From NCBI GenBank assembly GCA_002269645.1, contig NIVC01000029.1, positions 682,001 to 746,000 of the forward strand: a stretch of 64,000 nt of DNA. Direction: 5' to 3'. Made by a program: the position numbers and the translations under genes. The DNA is from Macrostomum lignano (taxonomy: Eukaryota). The notes under the pieces were generated by a model. It worked only from the letters and a program-made list of their open reading frames with translations. It made no database searches and was not told the origin of the DNA. This document shows, one piece after another, positions 1-11,454 of the stretch (position 1 is the stretch's first letter; every line of letters begins with the position of its first letter).

Positions 1-1133
1 CTTCAGACACATTTTCAGGCACATCTTCAGACACATTTTCAGGCACATCTTCAGACACATTCTCAGGTACTTCTTCAGACACATTCTCAGGTACTTCTTC
101 AGACACATTCTCAGGTACTTCTTCAGACACATTCTCAGATACTTCTTCAGACACATTCTCAGGTACTTCTTCAGACACATTTTCAGGCACTTCTTCAGAC
201 ACATTTTCAGGTACTTCTTCAGACACATCTTCAGGAACATTTTCAGACACATTCTCAGGCACTTCTTCAGACACATTCTCAGATACTTCTTCAGACACAT
301 TCTCAGGTACTTCTTCAGACACATTTTCAGGCACTTCTTGAGACACATTTTCAGGTACTTCTTCAGACACATCTTCAGGAACATTTTCAGACACATTCTC
401 AGGTACTTCTTCAGACACATTCTCAGATACTTCTTCAGACACATTCTCAGGTACTTCTTCAGTCACATTTTCAGGCACTTCTTCAGACACATTTTCAGGT
501 ACTTCTTCAGACACATCTTCAGGAACATTTTCAGACACATTCTCAGGCACATTTTCAGACACATTTTCAGGCACTTCTCTAGACACATTTTAGGCACTTC
601 TCTAGACACATTTTAGGCACTTCTCTAGACACATTTTAGGCACTTCTCTAGACACATTTTAGGCACTTCTCTAGACACATTTCAGGCACTTCTCTAGACA
701 CATTTTAGGCACTTCTCTAGACACATTTCAGGCACTTCTCTAGACACATTTTAGGCACTTCTCTAGACACATTTTAGGCACTTCTCTAGACACATTCTCA
801 GGTACTTCTTCAGACACATTTTCAGGCACTTCTTCAGACACATCTTTAGGCACATCTTCAGACAGATTAGCAGGCACATCTTCAGACACATCTTCAGGAA
901 CATTTTCAGACACATTCTCAGGCACTTCTTCAGACACATTTTCAGGCACTTCTTCAGACACATTTTCAGGCACTTCTTCAGACACATTCTCAGGTACTTC
1001 TTCAGACACATTCTCAGGTACTTCTTCAGACACATTCTCAGGTACTTCTTCAGACACATCTTCAGGAACATTTTCAGACACATTCTCAGGCACTTCTTCA
1101 GACATATTTTCAGGCACATTTTCAGACACAGTC
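1..1133. repeat. 24-bp minisatellite (with 23-bp variant block) in NIM1K intron; runs off window edge
   Basis: Unit CTTCAGACACATTCTCAGGTACTT; variant CTCTAGACACATTTTAGGCACTT at ~575-790. Explains ORFs 338..616, 740..1186, 763..1119. Confidence 0.95.
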
Positions 1134-1222
1134 AAGCATTTACCTTTACGCATAACCTTCAGGCACTTCAGACCCATGTCGGGCACTCAGGCTACCCCAC
1201 CATCTCTCCCTCTCCAACTCAC

Positions 1223-1655
1223 CCTTCGTCAGAGCGTGAGTAGCCAATTTGACCTGGGAGAAGTTACCAGTCCCCAGTTCGCCTCTGATCCTGTAGAAAC
1301 CAATTCGGCGACCCAGCGTGATCTCCTTCTGCACGTTGTCGTCGTTTTCCAGTTCAAATGTCAACTTCTCGTAGGCAGTCATGAGTGAACCATTCACGGC
1401 GTCTGCTCGGCCGTAGAGCTGCGAGCCGGTGGAGCCGGTCACGCTTAAGCTGCTAGCGGTTCCGTAGCCCAGAGATTCGGAATGCGGCACTGAGCCTTGG
1501 CTGCCCCTGGGTGGCACAGCTGCTGCAGTTGATGCAGCAGACTTTCCTTGCGCTGTACCAGACTCTTCTCCTCTGCTTCCGGTGTTATTATTATTACTAT
1601 TATTGATTTTGCTGCTACCACCGGCACTACCGGCACTGTTGCTTTCGGCTGTCAT
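1223..1655 (-). CDS. NIM1K: NIM1-like Ser/Thr kinase (AMPK-related), first coding exon; remainder is left of the window
   Basis: MTAYEKLTFELENDDNVQKEITLGRRIGFYRIRGELGTGNFSQVKLATHALTK matches NIM1 N-terminus and Gly-rich loop. ATG at 1655 (track start 1736 is TTG). Donor G|GTGAGT after 1223, phase 1. Confidence 0.9.
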
Positions 1656-1870
1656 TGAGGCCGGGGGGTCTCGTGTTTCGGTCTTTGTGGACTGGCTTGA
1701 TGTATACACCGTTGGTAGGCAGTTTACTGTCTGCAATTATAACAAAGCGGGTTTATCTTTTATCGCAAGCAATCCGGCGATTTTCTTCTATCTAAATATG
1801 AAACTCCTATCGAATAGGAACTGCTTAAAATGGGGAAAAGAAGTTCTTCAAGAGTCCAGACAGTCGCCAG

Positions 1871-1883
1871 CCAATCAGATTGG
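1871..1883. promoter_or_regulatory. Inverted pair of CCAAT boxes upstream of NIM1K
   Basis: CCAATCAGATTGG, ~220 bp upstream of the ATG. Confidence 0.35.
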
Positions 1884-2773
1884 TTGAAAGGTTGGGGCCA
1901 CGTTTTTTTTCCAAAGCAGTCAGACAAACTGGACAAGAACCCGGACTCTCTATGCGTGTACAACACAAAGCAGCTCAGCTAGTAGCAGGTCCAGCCCTAT
2001 TGTCGCTATAGATTAAGCTCTCTGCCTCTCTTCTCCTGCTCCGCTGCACCCTCCCCTCTACCCGGTTGCTATGGACTCTGCCAGGCCTTAGCAACAACAT
2101 CGGAATGAGGGGAGAAGAAAAAGAATAGACGGTCATATAATATGGGAAACTGGAAAGTAACATAAGATTTAGGGTTCTGAAGGGATGAGGGATAGGAAAA
2201 GTAGTGTAAAACTGTACGCTCTGGCTACCAATAATTTTTTTCTCCAGCAAGCCACGGAGAGAGAGAGCCAACGCCTAAAATCTTGCATTGTTTGCATTCA
2301 AGCCAGTTGGTTGCAGATGCATATACTATAAGCTAAGGCCGAGTCTATCCCTGCTTGCATTGCAACCTTGCTGAGCAGGCAGATGAGGGTGGGGGCGGCT
2401 GGTCTAGCTAGTTGAATAAGCCCTTGCCTCCAACCCCACTGTTTCAGGTCTCTCCACACGCTGCACTGCACACCGCCGTCCTCCCTCCTCGGAAAAGTGC
2501 AATTACTCAATGAGATTTTCTAGACACACTTACTAAGCAAACAATTAGCAAAAACTATTATTTTGCTTAAAAGCAAAAACACTCGTTGCTAACAAAACGA
2601 ACAGTTGTACTAGTTAAATTTCGTTGAATCAGATGAATAATAATTTAAAATTGTGTAATTCTCAATTATAATTTAATAATATCATACTTCGCTAGTGCAT
2701 TGTTAATTGAGGTGCAGTGTGTGCTTTATAGAAAAACTGCTAGACGAGATTGAGAGTCTGCATTGCAGCGACA

Positions 2774-2787
2774 GTTTCCATGGTTAC
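2774..2787 (-). promoter_or_regulatory. RFX X-box
   Basis: GTTTCCATGGTTAC; reverse GTAACCATGGAAAC fits GTHNYYATRRNAAC exactly. Confidence 0.5.
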
Positions 2788-3527
2788 ACAGCTGCAATCT
2801 GTCATCATTCTTAGTTGGGGTTCATGCTTTATTCAGCCTAGAGTACACACACATACACGAGTCTGATTGGCATAATTGAATGCTAACTCACTGCCACTGT
2901 AAGCATTTGAGCAGTCAATAGATGAGGAAATTCTTTTATTAACAATGAGACTGCATTGTAAATCTGTTTTATATTGTGCTAATGAATGAATTTTGCCAGT
3001 CAGTGGAAGTGCAGAGTTGCCCACTATAATAGCAAATTAATGACATTCATAGAGATTGATTGCAATTCTGAGCCAACTTGTCCCAACTTGCTTCTGAAAG
3101 TACTAAAAGTTTAGATTATGCTTAACAAAGTAACTTTGTTAAGTAACTTTGTTTATAGAGCATTCAGATTTTGGCATTCAGATTTTGATTTTTATTGCAG
3201 ATCAAAGATTTTAAAATAACTAGGTTTAGTAGATTAAGGATTAGGATATGTACATTATTTCTAGGTAGGTATAATTTATTAGCATTTTTAAGATTGCAAT
3301 CCTACTTTCTACTAAGATCTTAGGATTTTGGGATCAAGATTAGGATTGTATTTATATATACTACTTTAAGTAGTATTAAAATAAATGTCTTTTTCTTTAA
3401 AACATAAATTTAGACCCAATTAGTGACAAACTATAGCCAAACAGGAGATTTTCTTTCTAGTTTATAATCTATATATTAGGGTGTTTTATGCAATAGGAAT
3501 GCTAGATGGTTTATTGTTTTTCAATGC

Positions 3528-3697
3528 ACATGCTTGGGCCCAACCTAGGGATTTACTTGGCCATTTCTATTGGCAACACACACATATTTAAGTCACTATT
3601 GGACAGAATAGTAGTCACGTGACTGCTCTCAGCCAATAGCAACTTACATGTGTGTGTTGCCAATAGAAATGGCCAAGTGATTCCCAAGTTTGTGCAT
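3528..3697. mobile_element. ~170-bp palindromic MITE-like element, copy 1
   Basis: Arm CTTGGCCATTTCTATTGGCAACACACACAT and its exact reverse complement; centre AGTAGTCACGTGACTGCT. Second copy at 25753-25920. Confidence 0.75.
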
Positions 3698-3805
3698 GTA
3701 TGTTAATGCAATAAAGATGTTATATAATAGGTCTTAACTCTATGAATTATACCCTAAGATTAGACCCTAGATGCAATTTTGTATTCTGGCACTAGCAAAA
3801 AATAG

Positions 3806-3836
<31 letters not shown>

Positions 3837-5012
3837 GGCCTACCATGCAACATAATCTAGATTAGCTTATGGCTATGCCCTATGGTTAAAATATAGCTTA
3901 AAATTTATATTAAAAATGTGATTTAAATGATTCTTTAAATCTGCTTTTATTGAAATTGTAACAATTTCTATAAAGAAACAAATAGTGGTTTAAAAATTGG
4001 AAAACAAAAATTGAAGTCATATTTATTATTTAATAATAAATTTAGTAACTGGATTTCAATTTTGGGAATTTTATATGCTAATTTTATAGATTCATATACT
4101 TGTAGTAAAGATTCTCAGGATAAAATAAGATTAGAGAGCAATATTGTTGCATGTTACTTCCCTGTTACATATTAGGCCTATATAAGTACATATGGAAATT
4201 AGCCAGCAATTGCATGTACAGATATAGGGCCATATGCAGAAAGCTCTGTCTAGGGTAGTCTGGTCTTAAAAAGCTAGTCTGGGCTAAGCTTTCTGTATAC
4301 GACCCATAATGTCAAGTGCAAAGCGCTTACAATAACAAATTAACAAGAATATTTTGCTAATAAATACCATGGCTTAATAGCTATTGGTTTAGGTAGGCCC
4401 CTAATATTTTTACTTTATAGTTCAAGAACTTAAAACCTGGGACGATTTTTTCATTTTTGAAAACTGATTATAATAAAAACAGTTCAAACACGACCGGCAC
4501 GGCTCACAAACATGCTAAAAAACGTAGCAGATCAGGATATCGCAATGAGCAAACAGTTTATTACTGGTAGAAAAATAATTATTGTTATGCCAAGTAGTGG
4601 AACCAAGGAAAGTCATTCGTACAGTACAGTTAAAGCTAAAGCAAATTTAGAGGGTTTATGCACAAAATTTCTGATAAGGTGCTGAGCAAATTGGACGCTG
4701 TTAACCTCAGACGACGGACCAACTTGTTTTTTGAAAAAAAACATAAAACGGACAAAATTAAAAACTAGTAGTGCATGCACGTATCCAGCTGTAACAAATA
4801 AAAGCTTTATGGTTATAACAAATGTTACATAACTGTCTCTGTTTAACTTGAACAAAATTGAAATTAAAAGGACCCAAAGCATTTCAAAATATCTAATATT
4901 TCTATTGATTGGCATAACTACATCTTTCAGCAAAGCTTTGATGTTCTCAATACTATTACTGAATGCTCTGATGCGGATTGTTAAACTATATCATCAGATC
5001 TGCCTGCAACTA

Positions 5013-5309
5013 CTATTGTTCAAAGTCATTAAACTTTCGCTTGAGCACCTGACTCTGCGAGATGCAGCTGTAAGAAAGTCGAGCGCCAGCAGTTAAATGC
5101 ATAGAGTTCAACAGTTTATCGCTGTAACTAAGATGCGTCGTCTCCATAATGGGAAACACCGAGCGAAGACAGGGCAGCAGCAGAATGTAGGCCACCAATA
5201 TTAGACCGACGAGAATCGAAGCTACACACACCGCCATGGACCAGCCGCGCTTGATCTCTAGCGGGGCCGTGAACTCGTGAAGAGGCAGTATAACTCTGGA
5301 CTTGGCCAT
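5013..5309 (-). CDS. Putative 98-aa single-pass membrane protein, unrecognised
   Basis: ATG at 5309 (MAKSRV...), hydrophobic stretch AVCVASILVGLILVAYILLLPCL, exon-like GC content in AT-rich flanks. Confidence 0.4.
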   Translation of the reverse strand: MAKSRVILPLHEFTAPLEIKRGWSMAVCVASILVGLILVAYILLLPCLRSVFPIMETTHLSYSDKLLNSMHLTAGARLSYSCISQSQVLKRKFNDFEQ

Positions 5310-6028
5310 GGTTAGGATTGGGCACACAACCAGACCAAAGATCAATAGGATTAAGATAGAAATACTTTCAAAATCGAACCTGTTACAGTAGATGGTTTAA
5401 GGGTAATCTTTTTATAGAGGTTGACTGACTCGTACAGGACATAAGACGCATGCATACCATGTATGCATCATATGCAGATGATATGATGAGCTTTATAGTG
5501 AAATCAACTATTATCAATCTATATGCAAATTGTTATGAAATAATTCAACTTAAATTAATGTTGCTACTGCTTTGGGACACGAAACTGTGCTTTAAATAAA
5601 ATTGGAATACATATTATTCTGGTGCATGGTCTCAAAGTACTCGTATCCGATCGTACCCTCTCGTATCCTCCTACTTACAAGGGCTCATGCCATACAGTTC
5701 GTATCTAACGGGAGCAAAAATCAATGAGACAAGCGACCCGCAGCAAAGCTAGGAGGCAAAGCAGACAAGCAGGGGTTATATATGGTACGCTGGAGCTCCT
5801 GGTGCTAGCTTAATTGCCCCTCAAACGGAATGGCGCCAAAAGTACATGCATACAGGTACAACTTTAAGTCATCATACAGGTTGTACAGATACCCCGACTT
5901 TCTCATATAGTCCGCCGGCACTTGCGCAGATACACTCCTTATCCTGCAGCTCAAAGATTACCCCTCAATGGGAGTGAATCACACAACTTAATTATCAAGT
6001 CCTAACAAAGATGCAATATTTTTCCAAC

Positions 6029-6901
6029 TTACGATGGAGCATCGAAGGTATGGGTCCACTCGGCCATAATATGACCAACGTTCGCTCGCTTTTTCCTGCT
6101 GGTAGTGGTCCTGCCGATTTCCTTCATAATGTCTGTCCCTTTCTTACGGGACTCTTTTAGTGCGTTGGCAAAATTTTGTAGTCCGCCTGCACGGGTTAGG
6201 GGGTATAAGTAAAAGTTGAGTGTGCATTGCCGATAATCATAAGCTAGCTTAAGTAGATACTCGTAGATCTCACCCTGAGTAGCAGCATGGTGAGATCCAG
6301 TAGGATTTGACCGTTCAACTGGTAGGCACCTTCTTTGACGTCTTTGTCTCGCGGTACACCGATATTGTCCAGTTAATTCCGCTTCGCCAAATTTTTTCAC
6401 GGATTCATTATTGGTCTTATTAATGGTCTCCCTCCTGCTGATGGCCTCTTTTAATGCGTCCTCATCTGTTTGGTAGGTGACTATCGGCTTGACTTTGGTG
6501 CTCACGTCCGATTCTGCATGCTTGGAGTTGAGCGTGTTGGTCTCATCCTTGATCTTGGTCGCATCCTTGATCTTGGTCGCATCCTTGATCTCATCCTTGA
6601 TCTTGGTCGCATCCTTGATCTTGGTCGCATCCTTGATCTTTGTCGCATCCTTGGTCTCATCCTTGGTCGCATCATTTGACTCATTCTTCATAGCATTTTT
6701 TGACTTATCTCTGGTCTCCTTTTTTGCTTTATTGTCAGTACCGCTTGTTATTGTCTCAGCTCTCATATCGTCTTTCGATTTGGCATTCGTATCATTTCCA
6801 CGGATTCCAATGCGATTCTCGTCCACCTCCACTGCGAGAGATTCTGCCGGGATCGATGCAACATCGCTCCAGGACGATTTCTCAGCAGTGTTGTCTTCCA
6901 T
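6029..6901 (-). CDS. Orphan intronless 290-aa ORF with 18-bp DATKIK repeats; possibly a decayed mobile or viral-derived gene
   Basis: ATG-initiated ORF in a GC-richer island (~5640-6915); stop-interrupted coding-like sequence continues to ~5620. Confidence 0.35.
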   Translation of the reverse strand: MEDNTAEKSSWSDVASIPAESLAVEVDENRIGIRGNDTNAKSKDDMRAETITSGTDNKAKKETRDKSKNAMKNESNDATKDETKDATKIKDATKIKDATKIKDEIKDATKIKDATKIKDETNTLNSKHAESDVSTKVKPIVTYQTDEDALKEAISRRETINKTNNESVKKFGEAELTGQYRCTARQRRQRRCLPVERSNPTGSHHAATQGEIYEYLLKLAYDYRQCTLNFYLYPLTRAGGLQNFANALKESRKKGTDIMKEIGRTTTSRKKRANVGHIMAEWTHTFDAPS

Positions 6902-7103
6902 GTTTTCGCGCAGCTAGCAAATATTTATAAAAATCAATAATCAGTTTCGTAAATATGCGCTTTGTTCGGTAGAAAATCAGATTTGAATCGCGTTTTCTGT
7001 TGGTTACTGCAGGGTCGTTTAAAATTTCTTGCCATAGACAAATATAAGTGAGGGACATTCAGTGCCTGCCATTCATTGTTTTTAGAGCTTTGAGTGTGCG
7101 ATT

Positions 7104-7109
<6 letters not shown>

Positions 7110-7179
<70 letters not shown>

Positions 7180-7180
7180 G
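7110..7180. repeat. (GA)n microsatellite
   Basis: Pure AG run of about 60 bp. Confidence 0.95.
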
Positions 7181-7210
7181 GACAATCAAACTATCGAGAG
7201 CGCTTTGACA

Positions 7211-7340
7211 GAGTGACGACACTCAATGATAGAGTGCCTTGATGGAGTGACGAAACTCAATGATAGAGTACCTTGATGTAGTGACGACACTCAATGATAG
7301 AGTACCTTGATGGAGTGACGACACTCAATGGTAGAGTGCT
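7211..7340. repeat. 34-bp minisatellite, ~4 copies
   Basis: Unit GAGTGACGACACTCAATGATAGAGTACCTTGATG. Confidence 0.85.
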
Positions 7341-7638
7341 TTTTACAGAGTGACAAAGAGTCTCAAAAGTAAATACATGTACTACAAAATAGGGTAGTAA
7401 AGAGATATTTCATATTGTATAAAAACATTTTAAATTATCTTTTATACCCCATCTTTAAAATTTAGTTTTGGTTTTTGGTGCCTTAAAGTACATTTACAAT
7501 AAAGTCGCAAGTCAATTGTATACAGTTGAAAATTGTTAATCCAACATTGGGATTGGGTTTTTAATGAAGTATGAAATTACGATTACAAGTATAAAGCTCT
7601 ATATCCCTCACCAAATATAAATATATCACTCAAGTTGA

Positions 7639-8138
7639 GGATGTGAACTTAAGAGTCAAAATGGAGCCCGAACATTCGGTCCCAGTTTCTCAACGCTAAT
7701 CAAATGCTTAAATGACGAAATGACCACGATAAACGCTCTTTATATGTTTGTATGAAGAATAAGAGCGACATTATTGTTATGTTATGCCCCCATTATGTTA
7801 TCTCTTAATAATGTTTATGTTATCCCCCACCCCAGCTCTCATTGTGTTTTGTGCTATATGTTTCGCCTCTGATTTTTCCCAACTGGATAACATTTCCTGC
7901 ATCATTTCTGAAAGCGGAATTCGCTTAGTCGCAGACGTCTCGAGACGTTTCGGAAGGTTTTCCAACAGATGAAATCCCTATTTATCTCATTTCTCCCCAT
8001 AGAGATCTCCAAACGCTAAAGTTCTCGGTTTTCGGCATAACGTGAGCTATTTTGGCTCCAAATGAAGAAATTGGCGCAGAAAAATCGGGACCCATTGCTT
8101 CAGGTTCCATTTTGACTCTTAAGTTCACATCCCCTTTA
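7639..8138. mobile_element. Non-autonomous DNA transposon, Kolobok-like
   Basis: ~34-bp TIRs GGATGTGAACTTAAGAGTCAAAATGGAGCCCGAA / TTCAGGTTCCATTTTGACTCTTAAGTTCACATCC; right end CCCCTTTAA (TTAA target); left end degenerate. Confidence 0.7.
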
Positions 8139-8419
8139 ACTGCAGCCTAAAGCGGCCAATCAGCTAGAAAAAACTACCCACACCATTCGCGAATCCATGC
8201 CTTTACAGTGGAGTGGACACAGATGCCAAACTGATCCGCAGACTAAATATTGGCGCACTTCCTAATATATGAATTATTGATATTACGCTCGCAAAAGTAG
8301 CTGACGGTTTGTAGGGTTGGGGTTTTCTAAACTGAAAATAATGAAGTTGATTAGGCTAAGTAAGCTAGCGATGTTTGAGCAAATTTTAATTAGTGACTGT
8401 GATGTTGCGGAGAGGACAG

Positions 8420-9107
8420 ATGGGAAGAGACTGGGGAAGGGAGGGTGAGACTGAGGAAGGGAGGGTGAGACTGGGGAAGAGAGGGTGAGACTGGGGAAGG
8501 GAGGGTGAGACTGGGAAACGGAGGGTGAGACTGGGGAAGGGAGGGTGAGACTGAGGAAGAGAGGGTGAGACTGAGGAAGGGAGGGTGAGACTGGGGAAGG
8601 GAGGGTGAGACTGGGGAAGGGAGGGTGAGACTGGGGAAGGGAGGGTGAGACTGGGGAAGGGAGGGTAAGACTAAGGAAGGGAGGGTGAGACTGGGGAAGG
8701 GAGGGTGAGACTGGGGAAGGGAGGGTGAGACTGGGAAACGGAGGGTGAGACTGGGGAAGGGAGGGTGAGACTGAGGAAGAGAGGGTGAGACTGAGGAAGA
8801 GAGGGTGAGACTGGGGAAGGGAGGGTGAGACTGGGGAAGGGAGGGTGAGACTGAGGAAGGGAGTGTGAAGCTGGGGAAGAGAGGGTGAGACTGGGGAACA
8901 GAGGGTGAGACTGGGGAAGAGAGGGAGACTGGGATTAGAGGTGAGACTGGGATTAAAGGGTGAGACTAGGGATTAGAGGGTGAGACTAGGGATTAGAGGA
9001 TGAGACTAGGGATTAGAGGGTGAGACTAGGGATTAGAGGGTGAGACTAGGGATTAGAGGGTGAGACTAGGGATTAGAGGGTGAGACTAGGGATTAGAGGG
9101 TGAGACT
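8420..9107. repeat. Two adjacent related 20-bp G-rich minisatellites
   Basis: GAGGGTGAGACTGGGGAAGG (~8420-8925), then GAGGGTGAGACTAGGGATTA (~8930-9107). Confidence 0.95.
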
Positions 9108-9644
9108 TGATCGAGTTTGTAGTGGAGCAGCAATGAAATAAAGTACAGCTAGAGGATTAGCATGAAAAATCGCCTTATGCTGAAGCAACCTACAAATATC
9201 AATTATTCCCTTTCACAAAGACCGTTGATTCTATTTGTTCGTGGTACTCATAAATCAATTCTTTGTCATTGTAACACGAGTATTGTTACTAGCAAAAGAG
9301 AAAGTCACAGAACAAAGTTGGTTGTATATCGATTTACATCTGGAAAAGATCAGAATTAAGCTGGCTATGGCATTTAGGATCGAAGGATCATTAAAGACAT
9401 TTTGTTTATCTGCGACAGAAACATTTTGTGGCGTCCTTTAATGATTTATTGTGCTTATGGCAATGTACTTTACAGAGTATTACAAATGGAATTCCGAATA
9501 TTTTATAGGTAATCTGTTTATTCATCAAATAATAGGCATCACATTTAAGTCAGGCTTTGTGAATTTAAAATATGACTCCACAGTCCATGAAATTCTGTAG
9601 TTACTCAAGGAAAATTAGGATGTTTTTTGAGGGCGAAGGCGCCA

Positions 9645-9707
9645 GCACCAGAGGCGCCAGCACCAGAGGCGCCAGCACCAGAGGCGCCAGCACCAGAGGC
9701 GCCAGCA
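9645..9707. repeat. 15-bp tandem repeat, ~4 copies
   Basis: GAGGCGCCAGCACCA repeats (GASTR in ORF 9572..9766). Confidence 0.85.
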
Positions 9708-9827
9708 TTCTTGCCTCTGATGAAGGGACACTGAGTAACAGCAAGCGTAAAGCAGGTAAATTTTAAATTCGGGTCCATAAAAATGCTAATTATTCAATTA
9801 ATTCCAAAACACAAACTTTCCAGTTCC

Positions 9828-10193
9828 TCAACGCCAACTTCCCGCCAATCTCAACTTTTCTGCCAATCTTTGCCCGACGGACGGTTTTGTGTCCATGGCC
9901 GCCGCGCTGTCCTTGGCTTCGTCAGCCCAGGCTTGGCGGGGCCCCGTAGAATGTGGCCGATCGGTGGCTGATCCATCCTGACGAGTTGAGCCGCTGTTAT
10001 CGCTGAAGCTTCGAACTTTTTCGCTGGATCGACCACGGCGAAGGATTCTGCTGATGACGTTGCCGCTGCTGTTTCTGGAGCCACAACTGCTGTTGCTGCT
10101 TTCGCTTGAAGAAGCTGGCTGATTGCTTGTACTCCTCTGGCCCCAGGCATGCTGGGTCTCCGCCGGAGGAGGGCAGCTGACGTGCCGACGAGA
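9828..10193 (-). CDS. Putative terminal exon of an unrecognised Ser-rich protein (absent from ORF track)
   Basis: Acceptor TTCTCACTGCAG| before 10193; frame-0 open SRRHVSCPPPAETQHAWGQRSTSNQPASSS...LAEKLRLAGSWR* to TGA at 9830-9828. Confidence 0.55.
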   Translation of the reverse strand, partial: SRRHVSCPPPAETQHAWGQRSTSNQPASSSESSNSSCGSRNSSGNVISRILRRGRSSEKVRSFSDNSGSTRQDGSATDRPHSTGPRQAWADEAKDSAAAMDTKPSVGQRLAEKLRLAGSWR

Positions 10194-10360
10194 CTGCAGT
10201 GAGAATTAAAAAATTGTGAGAATTAAAAAATTATTAGTACAACGGCTGCGGGCGTGTTCATGCTCCGAGGGTGGGACTGTCCTTTCGAGAGGGTGCGACA
10301 CAAAATATTTCATCATGAAACTTCATGGAAGGAGTGTCTAAATGAGTGATTATTTCCTAG

Positions 10361-11008
10361 AGAGTGCCTCTGAGGGAGTGACGCTTCATGGGAAGAGTGC
10401 CTCTGAGGGAGTGATGCTTCATGGGAAGAGTGCCTCTGAGGGAGTGATGCTTCATGGGAAGAGTGCCTCTGAGGGAGTGACGCTTCATGGAAGGAGTGCC
10501 TCTGAGGGAGTGATGCTTCATGGGAAGAGTGCCTCTGAGGGAGTGATGCTTCATGGGAAGAGTGCCTCTGAGGGAGTGATGCTTCATGGGAAGAGTGCCT
10601 CTGAGGGAGTGATGCTTCATGGGAAGAGTGCCTCTGAGGGAGTGATGCTTCATGGGAAGAGTGCCTCTGAGAAAATGACGCTTCATGGAAGGAGTGCTTC
10701 TGAGGGAGTAACGCTTCATGGAGAGAGTGCCTCTGAGAAAATGACGCCTCATGGAGAGAGTGCCTCTGAGAAAATGACGCTTCATGGAAGGAGTGCCTCT
10801 GAGGGAGTGATGCTTCATGTAAGGAGTGTCTCTTAGGGAGTGATGCTTCATGGAAGGAGTGCCTCTGAGGGAGTGATGCTTCATGGAAGGAGTGCCTCTG
10901 AGGGAGTAACGCTTCATGGAGAGAGTGCCTCTGAGAAAATGACGCTTCATAGAAGGAGTGCCTCTGAGGGAGTGATGCTTCATGTAAGGAGTGCCTCTGA
11001 GGGAGTGA
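10361..11008. repeat. 33-bp minisatellite in the orphan gene intron
   Basis: Unit GAGTGCCTCTGAGGGAGTGATGCTTCATGGGAA; explains ORFs 10342..10836, 10357..11016, 10840..11067. Confidence 0.95.
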
Positions 11009-11059
11009 AGTTTCACTTTCAGTTGAAAGAGACGGATGCAGTTAATAATGAAAACTTAC

Positions 11060-11086
11060 CTCGATAGTTTTCTCAACAGCTGACAT
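11060..11086 (-). CDS. Putative upstream exon (MSAVEKTIE) of the Ser-rich orphan gene; could extend to 11310
   Basis: ATG at 11086 just after TGTTTCAG|C; donor GAG|GTAAGT at 11060, phase 0, in frame with exon 9828-10193. Alternative acceptor TTCTGCCAG| at 11310 keeps the same frame open. Confidence 0.45.
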
Positions 11087-11454
11087 GCTGAAACAGATTC
11101 TAAGCTTAGAAGTCGTCTTTTTAAGGCAGCTTCCAGAAAGTGTATGTAAAGGATTATTTCCTCTCTCTAAAATGTTTATGTGATTTGCGCTTTGGGACTT
11201 TTCATTTGAAGTTAAACTACATGTAGCTGCGCCAAAGCTTTCGGATTCTTTGAAAACTCTCGCGCTTGATTGGCTGCAGTGCGCCACCTCATCTCCCTTG
11301 TCTGTGTTACCTGGCAGAAAAGTGTAGACAACCCCAAGTCTGTCTCTCTTTCTGACCCACTAAAAGGCTCGTACAGAAAACCTCTAATTCTTTCTGTACT
11401 TTTTAAACTGTTATTTTGAAACTTTGGGAGCTTGTTCGATAGGAAATTTTGTCC

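Noticed and set aside
4613-4933. Hydrophobic ORF as continuation of the 5013-5309 protein
   Set aside because: AT-rich, non-ATG start, separated by stops, no convincing splice path.
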